DNA of 64,000 nucleotides from the human T2T-CHM13v2.0 reference genome, Homo sapiens, in NCBI RefSeq assembly GCF_009914755.1, contig NC_060942.1; one strand, 5' to 3'. Within the stretch, counting starts at the first letter, position 1. Each line of letters begins with the position of its first letter. Below the pieces are notes generated by a model. It searched no databases. It saw only the letters and a list, made by a program, of their open reading frames with translations, and had not been told where the DNA came from. A program made the translations under genes and the position numbers. Shown here piece by piece: positions 1 through 11,820 of the stretch.

Positions 1-282
<282 letters not shown>

Positions 283-544
283 ATAATTTTGTTTTATTAA
301 ATGTGACATACGCATATGGAATATAAATCATTTGTCAGTTATCCATTCCATTCTTTTGATATTTGTGATTTCCTGATCATATTCCCTTTTACTCAACAAC
401 AGGAGATCCACCAGAAAGCAGAGATTATTACACTCTATCCCTTTCTTCTCTGGATCAGGGGTCAACTATAACATCAAAAATAGATACAGATATGTAATTT
501 TATATGGATATGGATGTATAGATGTTTCTCAATAATAAACCATC

Positions 545-1065
545 TGTAATGGACTGATTGCAAAAATGGCCCTGAATTTTCACCTTTTTCTATATTTATT
601 CCATTTGCAAAGTTACATGTTAGCTCCTCTCATCAAGAAGTAGAGGGTGTTGCCCAACTCTTGTGTCTGGGCTGAGCTGTGGCTTGCTCTAACCAATAGA
701 ATGCAGCAGAGGTGACTTGGCTTATTATCAGAGTAGGCCTCCCAGGCCTCAAGTGTTTCCACTTCTTCCCTCAGACCCCTGCCTCCACTGTAGGAAAAGC
801 CGAGACTAGCCTATCACAAGATGAAAGACCACAGAGCAGAAAAAAATCATCCCAACCAAAGCTACCCCAGGCCAGCCTGCCCCAGGCCAATCCACCAGCT
901 GATGCAAGAGCTAGCCCAGCTGCAATCAGTTAGGCGTGGCCCAGGCCAGCAGAAGGGCTCAGTCATCCCTTAGTGCATGAGCAAAATTAATGCTTATAGT
1001 TGTTAGCCACTGAAAAGCATGCTCAGTTGTCTTATAGTGTTTTGTGGCTAAAAATAACTGACACA
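545..1065 (+). mobile_element. MaLR LTR, MLT1G/H-like
   Basis: TG start; ctcctctcatcaagaag, gctctaaccaatagaatgcagcagaggtgac; 3' end ttagccactg...tgtggctaaaaataactgacaca typical of MLT1G/H. Confidence 0.75.
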
Positions 1066-3449
1066 TTATCAGAAAACTCTCTATGGAAACACGCACCGGA
1101 AGCTTCACATTGCTCATGTTCAGGTGCCCAGCAGCCAAAATGTCTTAGTAGGTGCGTCTCTGACTCTACTCCATTGTTCCCCAAACACGTCACTGTTTCT
1201 AGATGCAGCCACCATCTTTTCAGGACAGGTCACACAGTGACTTCACTTTTGCCAATCAGTTGTCAATCTTCATATCTCCTGATTGAGTCCATGAGACAAG
1301 AAGGGCACTTGTATCTGCTGAGGGAATTCAAAATCTGTCATGAATGTGCAGTAATATCTGGAAAAATGAATGTTTCCCTCCACATCCTAATGGCTTATCA
1401 CTGCATAGAAGCACAGTGCTTTCCGAAAGATTCAATATCATGCCTATGTTCAAGAGTGATAGTACACAGGCCAGAAAAGTCAAGAACAAGTTCTTTTCCC
1501 TTCTTGTAATGAGAAGACTGATGTAGACAAAGAGGATGAGTTTTGCAGTATTTAATTAGGATTCACAATAATTGCTTATGTTGAGCCCTTTGAACATGGG
1601 GAATTAAGATTGCAGAATACTTTTTAAAAAATCCCTCTTTTTGTATCTGTGGTAATATGAAGTTTCTTAAGGGTATTCATTTAACAATGACAAATGCATA
1701 TAGGTAAGAATGAGGTTGCAGGTAAATTTATGGTATCAATGTCATGGAGAAATTAATAGGATTTACTACACAACAGGATTTCTTATAGAGCTGTTTTGAA
1801 CATATGAATGATGCATATGTAGTAGGATTGATTTTTAGCTCTTGGCTTTCAAAATCTTTACCATGAAAGACTTGCAGCAGTGGCATTGATTCTTTCATGA
1901 GGTAAATATAGCAGGTGATTAAGTCTGTGACTCACCCTGGAGGCACTGTAGAAGAAGACTTTCTTTTTCCTTGTTTTAAATATCTTAGTTGACTTGCAGT
2001 TCATTTTCACAAAACAAGTAAAAAAATCCCTTCTGATTATGTATTCATATTAAGTACCATTTTAAAGTGCAGATCCACTAACAGCAAGCTTCTATTGCAA
2101 CTTGATATTGAGACACTAAGGGGGAAAGGAAGGTTACAGAAAGAGTCTTTGGATTTAGGATACTTTACAAAAATGTTGTTATCACCTTTTCCCTAAGAGA
2201 AGGGCATTACTTTTTGTAACTAGTTGTTAAGTAGTATTGTCCTTAAGAGTTAGCACCCATATAAGAATATAAGAAAAGTAAAAAGCTGGTGAGTAGCTAA
2301 AATCCACTAACTCAGTTTTAAGAGGCTTGTAAGTTTTTCCCAAACTCTTTGCAACCAGTGGTGCTGTGAGTACTATTGTTGTTAGTGGTGCTGCTATTAA
2401 TGTTATCATCATTACTTCCTTTGATTAGATAGCAAATCTATGTTATGACACAGAATTCAAAACCCTAAAACCGTGAAAATGTACTTAATTTTCTCATTGT
2501 GTTGAATTTATTCCCTAAAGGAGATATAATGTGTTCTTAAAACAGCAATTGAAAGCAGCAAAAAAATAAAATTAAAAAACAGTAAGAGACAAAGTGTTTG
2601 ATAACAGTGTGCATTCAACTGTCTTGTTTATACTCCTGATGGGTATAAGATGAGATTTGCATGTTGTGTTTATTGACCTTGAGGTACCTGGAATGGGGCA
2701 GCAATGTCTGGAAGGTGTGCAAAATAGTCTCTGCTGTGGCTGGAGCAGAATCCCGTGGAGGGAAGGAGCCTTCGGGCCATCGTTAGTCGTGAAATTTGCT
2801 GTTGTGAGAAGGAGAAATTACCAAGGCAAGTGATGACGAAAGTGAATGCTGATACAAGGGAATCCAGACAGCCACTGAATCCTAAAATTAAGTCTGGAAG
2901 AGCTTCATTAGTTCTTCATAAGATGTGATGGAACTGAACATTATCCATATACATTAATGAAGTAAAGTTGGAGAGTTGAACAAAGGTGACAGAATGTGCT
3001 GGAAACAACTGGAAATCTTTACACTTAGAGACCCCAAGGTAAAGCATCCTCAAGAAACAGGCTGAAATATTTGGAGTAATATAAGTCAAGGTTGATAAGT
3101 GTGTGAAGAGGTTCAGAGGATAACTTTATTACAAGGCTGCTGAACAGTTTTAAAATAGTTTGAAATCCTCTTTAATAGAGTGTGCGATGATATGAAAATT
3201 TTCTGCCCTATAATATATAGAGTATGAGACTTTCTAAAATCAAATATTTGCATTTAAATTGAGTAAATTTATATATACTCCAATTTATCAAATAGGAGAC
3301 ATGAGTGACAGATTCCATTTTTACACAGCCTGTCCACCCTTTGTTTTTATATTCCATATGTCTTCATATCACATTTTGTTCTTCAGTATATTTCCAGAAA
3401 GAAACATTTTTTCTGCTGCTCTGAAGTAGACCCTCTTTATTCCTCGTGC

Positions 3450-3898
3450 CTCCCCATTCTCCAGCAGGGCCTGTCTCCAACCTGAGAGAACAAAGATGGC
3501 GGGTACTGTCCCTTCCAGCCTCTCCTCCAGCAAGGCACACTATGGGGCCCAATCCTGCCAGAAAGGTTTTAAGGGAGATATCAGATAATTTTTTCCTTAT
3601 TCATAGAAAGTATCAAAGGACAAAAATGCCCCTGTCTTCATGAGATGCCCGGCTATCTCCATGTGACACCTGGAACACTGCATCCCTCTTGTAACCAGAG
3701 CAGAGGTGAACATGTTGATGCTGCAGAGAGGGAAGGAAAATACAACTCCTGAGTCCTAAACAACATTGTTGAACTCCTGCCCTGAGTCTGAAACCACCCT
3801 GGCTCCAGACCATTGATAATGTGAGATGACAACGTCGGTCCTGGGGAAGCCGCTTATTCATGTTGCATTCAGTTTCTGGCAGCAGAAACCCCTAACTG
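3450..3898 (+). mobile_element. Old MaLR LTR (MLT1K/L-like), diverged
   Basis: catgtgacacctggaacactgcatccctcttgtaaccagag, cctgagtcctaaacaacattgttgaact, aatgtgagat, end gcagaaacccctaactg. Confidence 0.55.
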
Positions 3899-4394
3899 TC
3901 CCATCCCACCACCTTTCAGAATTACCAAAGAATCCAAATCACACCTGGATGCACCCCCAGGAGCTGTGAAAATCCAGGGCCCAATGGTGGTTACACCCCG
4001 TTCAAGCTAATGGGTTGAGTCGCATCTGCCCTGACTCTGGCGTGGTGTGAAACCCATCCTCTCTTCAGGCCTTCATCAGACCTGCCCTGCAGCCTCAGCA
4101 CCTGCCAAGCACCAGCTTCCTTAAATCCTGGGGAGCCCCATTGACTTTCTACATTCAGGATGTGGTGGCTGTAATGAGCTTAGATGAGTCCCTGGCCTAA
4201 GACAAAGATGTTGGACAGAACTCAGAAAATGTACCACTTGATGTTTATGCTGTGGCTTTGCTTCTCAAATCCCACAGCATAAGTTACAGAAATGGACTTT
4301 GGTTTTTTTTAAGTTTGATGTTTATTTGCCAAATCCTGTGGGGATACAAAAGATGCATCTAGTGAAAAATAATAAGAGGTAACCTTTATTTCTG

Positions 4395-4600
4395 TGTGTA
4401 GGTAATATTCTAAGCCCATTTTGTATATTAATACCTCTGATGTCTATATTGTTGTTGTGATTCCATTTGTAAGTTTGTAAGTGAGAAAGCTGAGTTATAG
4501 AGAGGTGAAGTAACTTGACCAAGGTTACACAGTTAGGAATGTGCCACGTGACTGCTCAAATCCAGGTCACCTGGACCTCGAGTGCATGTGATACGTTGCT
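4395..4600 (-). mobile_element. MIR SINE fragment
   Basis: gagaaagctgagttatagagaggtgaagtaacttgaccaaggttacacagttaggaa matches the MIR core (reverse). Confidence 0.75.
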
Positions 4601-5462
4601 GTGCCATCTCCCCCCAGAGACCCTAACGATACAAAAGCAGCATGTGACTAAGCACCAAAAGGAGTATTTCAGAAAAATGAATGACATAAACTTTCAATTT
4701 CTGGACATGTTCATACGGAGAAAAGAAAACCCAACTGACAGGTTTATGGCAGAGATGTCTTCTACCTCGTAAGAAAAGTTAACTGAAATGCTCTCAAATA
4801 CCATTCACAGTCATGTTCTTCAGGGCTATGAAAAACCCAGACAAGGCTGGCATTGCAGGATAGAACATTGTAGAAGGGCTTCATGGAGCAGCAGAACTTT
4901 GCATACACTGGACAGAGAGTGAGGATGTGTGAGGAAGATGATGGGAGTGGAGCAGGAGGGGGCTTCCATCAGCTATGTTCAAAGATGTCCCTGTGTTCTG
5001 GTTTATATGCCCATCATTCCATACGCCCCATGTGGATTTGGCTGACTTGCCCACACGGGGAGGCATCCCCTTTTCCCCCCAGTTCATGTGTTTTACTCCT
5101 CTAGATAAATATTTAGTTAACAGGAGAAAACCTTTGTGGGCAAAGTCAATTTCTTATCAAGGGTCAAAAGTCTTAAAATAGAATCAGAAGGTACATAAAA
5201 CTGTTCTTACTCTTTATCCATCATTATTATGTACCAGAAGCTCTGATGGAGTGAAGATAAATATGTGAAGAACCAATCCATGTTCAATAACAGAATTTGG
5301 GGCAAGTAGGACAGGATCCGGAGGCACTGTGTTTGTGATGAGTGGAACCGTGCAGCGGTTTCTGGAAGCACATTGAGATGGATTCTGCTGATAAGGGATT
5401 CCATCGACTGGTCATTTGATGCATGGAACAAAACACTCACTAGTCTGAGCACCCAACCACAC

Positions 5463-5539
5463 TGTAAACCAAAAGTGTCTAAGAGAGGTCTCAGTCAATT
5501 CACAAATTTATTTTGCCAAGGTTAAGGACATGCCTGGAA

Positions 5540-5577
<38 letters not shown>

Positions 5578-5931
5578 TGGAATCACAGAAACAGTCTGGT
5601 CTGTGCCTTTCTCCAAAGATGAGTTTGAGGGCTTCACTATCTAAAGGGGAAAAGTAGGCTGGAGGCGAAGGTGAGAGGATATGGTGGTCCACGTGTGGCA
5701 AGAGAAAAGAAGCAGGTAGGGAACTAGTCAATTACAACTCCTCTTGTACTCCGTAAAACTGACACTTTAATGAGATAAAATGAACGTTGAGTAGATAGCC
5801 GTGGCGATACTAACCTGTTGTCTGCTTGGGAACAAAGGGAAAGGCGGTTTCTTGCATGACTTAGCTTTCAGCTTCATTTTTTCCTTTTGGCATAGTGAGT
5901 TGAGGTCCTGAGTTTTTATTTTCCTTTCACA
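5463..5931 (-). mobile_element. ERV1 solo LTR, MER4C-like
   Basis: Reverse complement starts tgtgaaaggaaaataaaaactcaggacctcaactcactatgccaaaaggaaaaaatgaagctgaaagct and ends ttttggtttaca; TG...CA termini. Confidence 0.85.
5541..5572. repeat. (AC)16 microsatellite within the MER4-type LTR
   Basis: Direct reading. Confidence 0.97.
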
Positions 5932-6124
5932 AAGCTAAGTCATTTTGGTTCGGCTGACAGTGCTATGTAACCTGACACCTTTAGCGAGCAGTCCCCTCAT
6001 AGGCTTGACCCCACTGTTTTAGAGAAGTCTTGAAAAGTTCACAGTGCCTGCCAGGCAGTACCATTTGAGGCATTTAGTCAGTACATTTTGAATACATGAA
6101 TAGCTGCCTGGCTATGAATGCACA

Positions 6125-6252
6125 ATGTAATAAGCACTCTGTTACCAAACAACCATGTCAAGCATGTCTCCCATATATTGGACAATATATTGGAGACTTC
6201 TCTAAATGGTCAAGTGCGTCATGGTTGTTTGGTAATACAGTGCTTATTATAT
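6125..6252. repeat. Nested inverted repeat (hairpin), probable ancient palindromic repeat (MER133/MER134/Eulor-like class)
   Basis: Arms 6125-6157 and 6220-6252 are reverse complements with ~3 mismatches; inner stem 6166-6180/6183-6197 has 1 mismatch and a 2-nt loop. The family name is from memory only. Confidence 0.8.
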
Positions 6253-6889
6253 GAGTGAGGAACGTGACTCAGTACAATTATGACAAGAAATGCAATGGAC
6301 TATGCTAAATGGAATTTGTAACGCTCATGAAAAGTGCTTTGGAATTTTAATGTGTGATTAAAGCATCTACTATTAACATTATTCCACAAAGAGCTTTACC
6401 TCTAACAATACATTCCTTGGTTGTCTGTCACTGGGTCTCTGTGCTTGACAGAGTTGAAAATGTTGCCTGTTTGCTGTCACACAGACATTGTCTCAGTATC
6501 ACTTCCTAAAATGCATATTTGAATTTAGGATTCCAGCAAACACGGAAGGCACCGGTGGTTAAAGTGCCTCCATTTAGAAAATATGCTAAAAACAGCAGCT
6601 GGAAGTGCTCATCTGTCCAGGCTGAAGGCTGGCTTTCAAGATATGCTTTCAAGCAGTGCCACGAGGAGCAGCCTGGGCTGTCATTGGAGTTGCTGTCAGC
6701 GCGAAGCCTTGGTGTTGCAGGGCCTCTGCCATATGGAGCATCAAACCTTGGATCTGAATGATGATACAACCTGACTTTGCTGACAATCTCAGGCTATGTA
6801 AAAAACAGACTATAAAACATGTAGTCAAAATGCCATGTGTTTGAATAACACTTTACAGTTTTCAATACGCATTCATAGCCAAACAGCTA

Positions 6890-7720
6890 TCCATTTATTC
6901 AAAATGCAGCGACTAATGCCTGGCAGGTGCTTTGAGCTGTTCAGAACTCCACAGCGGAAGCCAGAGCCTCGCCCTCAGGTGCTTACACTCTAGCAGGGGT
7001 CAGCCAGAAAGTCACCCTGTGAGGAGCTCTTTGGACCATGCAGCCACAGCCTCGGAGGCTAGAATCGATTCTAATTTCTACATATAGATAATTTTTTTAA
7101 AAAAATAGCAACACTGTGTGGTAGATGTACCTGACAGAAATAACTCAAGAAACTAGGGTTGCCACATGGAGGTTGCTGAGGGGAGGGTGCCACGTGAGGG
7201 TGCTATATAAACTGCATGCTTTTTACAAGTGCTTATCATTCTCCTCTCCAGCCTGCCGCTGCTGGACCATCACTGTATGTAAGTTCCCCCAAATAAAACC
7301 CATGTTTTATTCAGAATAATAATAATAAAGGCTAGAATCAACACTTTGGGGCACTGGGTAGGGGTGCTCCATCAGACAGGGCGAGAAAGACTCTCTTGTG
7401 AGCAGTGTCTGAGCTGGGACCTCAGAGACAGGAAGACAAGGAGAAAAGCATCCAGGCGGTAGGAAAAATAGGAGTTAAGATGACAGGGGCAGGAGCCCAT
7501 TGTTTGGAGTCCCAGAGGAGGTCAGTGTGGCAGGAGCCCTGCTGAGCAGCTGGCGGGGGCAGTGAGGAGAGTCAAGAAATAAAAGGGCTGAAAAGGAACC
7601 AGGTTATGTATGCAGCTAATAAGGGTGTTAAATTTTATTGCAAATAAAATGGCAAGATGTTGAAGGATTTTAAACAGGAGAATGAAATGAATAGATTTGA
7701 AATGTAAAAGAGTCATTTTA
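6890..7720 (-). mobile_element. L2 LINE 3' region, diverged, split by the insertion at 7067-7328
   Basis: catttattc..., gccctcaggtgcttacactctagcagggg, tctgagctgggacctc, ttgaaggattttaaacaggagaatgaaatgaatagatttg: typical reverse L2 motifs. Confidence 0.65.
7067..7328 (+). pseudogene. Retrocopy of a transcript 3' end containing an internally deleted LTR47B-like LTR (7115-7312), with A-rich tail and 11-bp TSD
   Basis: TSD aggctagaatc at 7056-7066 and 7329-7339; LTR47-like text (ctgacagaaataact, ggaggttgct, gctatataaactgcatgctttttacaag); AATAAA at 7292-7297; LTR similarity stops ~15 nt later and is followed by agaataataataataa. Confidence 0.75.
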
Positions 7721-8480
7721 GCATCACGTTCTGATGATGTTTATTCTAATCAAAACTGTGGAAGGAAATTTATTGTTGACTCTACTGAGTACACGAGGAA
7801 ACTGATGCTCAGAGAGGATAGTGTCTTGTCCTAGGAACTTCAAGGAGTGAGGGAGAGCATCAGTCCCCAGGTCTCCTCATGCAGAGCTTCCTGCTCGTTT
7901 TTTTCCACTACAGTTGCCTCCTTTATATCTGCCTGTAGCCAAGTTATGTGGAACAAAATCAAATGTCAAATAGGAACATTTTCTTTAAATGTCTACATAC
8001 CTAAAATTATTTCGGATTATACTTGTGGCGTTAGGTTGAGCTGATGAGAAATGAAAGTGTGGCTGAAAATGCATTTAGAGATTTACTCTAGAATAAGAAT
8101 AATGAAAATGCTTGAAATAAAGATTTAATCTGATTGACTGAAATAAGTTACATGTGACCAGGCTAATAGGCTACATTTAAACATTCCACTTTAAAACATT
8201 TTTTAAATTCTTTTCATGAAGTCATCTGTCTGAGACTTCCCCACTACAGCCCAGAACATCCCTCCTTAGAAGCTCACTCCACGTTTTATGACACTTACCT
8301 TCACATCATCTTGGAGCATCTGTCAGAGGCGTCTGAACCAGGGCGTCTCCATCTTGAATAGGGGCTGGGTCAGATGAGGCTGAGAGCTGCTGGGCTGCAT
8401 TGCCAGGAAATCAGGCATTCTTAGTCACAGGATATTTGCAGTCACGGAAACAAGTTAATATGTTTACAAAACCGACCCGG

Positions 8481-9254
8481 TGTTACAGTGGGTGGCTAGT
8501 CAGACAGTGAGCAGGGCAGGAGAGCTGCCCCCTTCCCACACCAGGAGTATCAGGCAGCCATCTGGTGATGGTCAGGCAGTTGTTAAACTTTCTCTCTAAA
8601 GTAATAATTGGTCACAGCCGGTGCCAGGGAAAGCCCATCTCCCAATAGATAGAAACACCTGAAACTAGTGATCGTCTTCCCAATAACATCTCGGGGGTTG
8701 GGCGAGTGGGCTTAAGCATGTGCACTAAGAGGCAAAATGGTGCAGTTTAACTGGTGTGTGACCTTCTAGGAACACTCAACTGGTAGGGGAAGAACGCCTC
8801 AAATGAGCATGGGTACAACTTCAGTAAACACACTGCCCATGCGGTCCCTCCCAGGCGCTGGCAGGCCAACGAGCATGCAGACAGCCCACCCCGAGGGAAG
8901 ACTGAGGGGAGAAGGGACACAACACCCCTCCCAAGTCCTGGCAGGCCAACCCGCATGCAGACAGCCCACCCCGAGGGAAGACTACGGGGAGAACGGACGC
9001 AACACCCTGGAATCATGCCAACATATAAACCCCAAGCTCAAACTGTGCACTTGTTCTCTCAAGTCGCCCACTCAGCCCTCTTCCAAGTGCACTTTACTTC
9101 CTTTCATTCCTGCTCTAGTGCTTTTTAATAAACATTTACTCCTTCTCTAAAACTTGCCTCTCACTCTGCCTTATGCCCCTTGGCTGAATTCTTTCTTCAG
9201 AGAAGGCGAGGATTGAGGTTGCTGCAGACCCATATGGATTTGCTGCCGCTAACA
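8481..9254 (+). mobile_element. ERV1 solo LTR MER50 nested in MER41
   Basis: tgttacagtgggtggctagtcagac...gagcagggcagg...ggtgatggtcaggcagttgttaa... end ggatttgctgccgctaaca; 4-bp TSD ccgg/ccag. Confidence 0.9.
8846..9007 (+). repeat. 80-bp tandem duplication inside MER50
   Basis: gcaggccaac at 8861 and 8941; gcatgcagacagcccaccccgagggaagact repeated with period 80. Confidence 0.9.
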
Positions 9255-9500
9255 CCAGGATTTAACAGATCCAGGAGATAACAGACCCAGAAAATGTCCT
9301 GATGTCCCAATATCCTAAGAACAAGAACATTCTTAGTTTAAGAATAAGTTTTGCTTTAAAGATAATAATATAGATTCTTGTGGAAGAGAGTAGTTATGCA
9401 AAGATTAACAATCCTTCATCACAAGCCCTTGTAGCAGAGCACACCTCCCCCATGTTTTTTTTTTTTGTTTTGCTGTTTTATATATAAATGAGCATTGTAC

Positions 9501-9745
9501 CTAAGGTGGATGTGTTCCTTCTTTTCCTTCTGGGAACACCATGCTCTGTCTAAGGTGGATGTGTTCCTTCTTTTCCTTCTGGGAACACCATGCTCTGTCT
9601 AAGGTGGATGTGTTCCTTCTCTTCCTTCTGGGAACACCATGCTCTGTTTAAGGTGGATGTGTTCCTTCTCTTCCTTCTGGGAACACCATGCTCTGTTTAA
9701 GGTGGATGTGTTCCTTCTCTTCCTTCTGGGAACACCATGCTCTGT
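9501..9745 (+). repeat. Minisatellite/VNTR, 5 x 49 bp, each unit carrying TTCTGGGAA
   Basis: Unit ctaaggtggatgtgttccttct(t/c)ttccttctgggaacaccatgctctgt starting at 9501, 9550, 9599, 9648, 9697. Confidence 0.97.
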
Positions 9746-10935
9746 CTATGGAGTAGGCTTTCTTTTATTCCTTTACTTTCTTAATAAACTTGCTTTCACT
9801 TTACTCGGTAGATTTGTCCTGAATTCTTTTCTTGTGCAAGATCCAAAACCCTCTCTTAGGGTCTAGATTGGGACCCCTTTCTGGTAACACACCTGCTATG
9901 AAGAAAAAAACTCAATTAATATTTTTATAATTAATGTCATTGCTCTAAATGCATCGAAAACATAAAGAAATAAGAGTTGTTGACATGTTAGGATAGTGTT
10001 AGAAATTGCTAAGTTATTGTCCAGAAAAAAGGGAATAATTGAAAAAAATAAAAATTAGAAAAGTAGGTCCTGAAGCACATTAAGCATTTAACAAATCATA
10101 TAATTGAGAATGAAGGTAAGCCTTCATCTCTGGTGGTATGAATGTCTAGATACCTTGACTATCCTGTGGCTAAAAACAACTAAAAATGTTGGATAAAATG
10201 AAAAATATATGTAAATGCCTTTAACCTCCTGTCAACAAAATTAAATAATACGTATTAGAAGACTGAAACACAATGAAAGTATGACTTCATAGAAACAAGC
10301 ACAGCAAGGAAACCAACTTTTCCCTTGAAGATATTTATGGACTGGGATACACTGAAACTTTGGTTTGTCAGCCTGTGGGTTGGGAAAGTCAGGAGACAAG
10401 CCCAGGCTTGCTCAGTGTTGGGGGGGTAAAATAGAAGACCTCTCTGCAAATAAACCTAAGCTCAGAAAGGGGTAGTCTTGACTGTGAAGAGAATGTTAGA
10501 GCAATGGTCTGGCTTGAACCAGGGTACAGAGTAGAGAGTTGAAAAATAGAGACTCTTCAGTCTTACCAGGAATTCTGGGAAAAAAAAAAACAGAAGAAGA
10601 AGAAGAAGAAAAATAAAGACTCAGGAAGAGTTAGAACAGCTATACAGTTCCATAATCACATTTGAAATTTTATCAATAGGTCAACTCTTTCTCCAAAGAA
10701 ACCACCAGGCCCAGTTTACAGAAAGTTCCATCAAAGGACTCAATGCATCTTTCATAAATGATTTTAAGGTGTAGAAAGAGACTACCACAAATGTGTTCAG
10801 TGTAAGTTTATCATACTGACACTGACAAGCGCAGTACAGTACAACCTCCATTGTGATCATAGATACAAAACCAGAAACAAAGTTACAAAGCAAATCCAGC
10901 AATGTGACAAGAGGATAATACAGTAGGAGATGTTT

Positions 10936-11266
<331 letters not shown>

Positions 11267-11820
11267 TAGGAGATGTTTAATAGAAGAATTAATAGAAAAT
11301 CAATTAATGAATTATACTACATGAACATATAAAAGGAATTAAATTCCACGATTATCTCATTAGATACGGAAAAATTATTGAGACAATTCAATGTCCATTC
11401 ATGACAAAAATGTACAGAAAACTGGGGAAAAATGACTTTCTGAAGGTGATAATTATACAGCAATTATAATGCTCAGTGATTACCTAATTACAGTCAGGAA
11501 CAAGTCACGAATTGCTTTAATAGCAGTTCTAGTCACCCTTCTCCTGAAGGAGCTTGCCAGTTCATTGAAGCAAGAAAAAAATGTATAAATATTTGAAAAA
11601 CAAAATTAAAGTCATTGTTATTTACATATAATGGGTATTGAAAGCAATAAGTGAAACTATAAATTGGAATCAAAATCACTATGTAAAATCTACACATAAG
11701 TAATAAGAAAATGTAATTTAAAAGATACCAATTACAGTAAATATCAGTTATTAATTTCCTAAAATCAATCTTAAAATATACAAAAATTTATGGGAAAAAT
11801 GTTGAAATTTTAATAAAATG

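Larger units (their letters stand above)
8321..9889 (+). mobile_element. ERV1 solo LTR, MER41 family (MER41C-like), interrupted by MER50 at 8481-9254
   Basis: Start tgtcagaggcgtctgaaccagggcgtctccatcttgaataggggctggg; end gggacccctttctggtaaca; TATA 9481-9488; AATAAA 9783; 4-bp TSD catc/cacc. Confidence 0.9.

Noticed and set aside
1000-1509. 169-aa ORF, the longest in the track
   Set aside because: TTG start inside an MLT1 LTR, no recognisable domain; length is within chance expectation for 64 kb.
9501-9745. Regular 49-bp repeats as a CRISPR-like array, and ORF 9639-9866
   Set aside because: Head-to-tail units with no unique spacers, in a primate LTR; the ORF only reads through the repeat.
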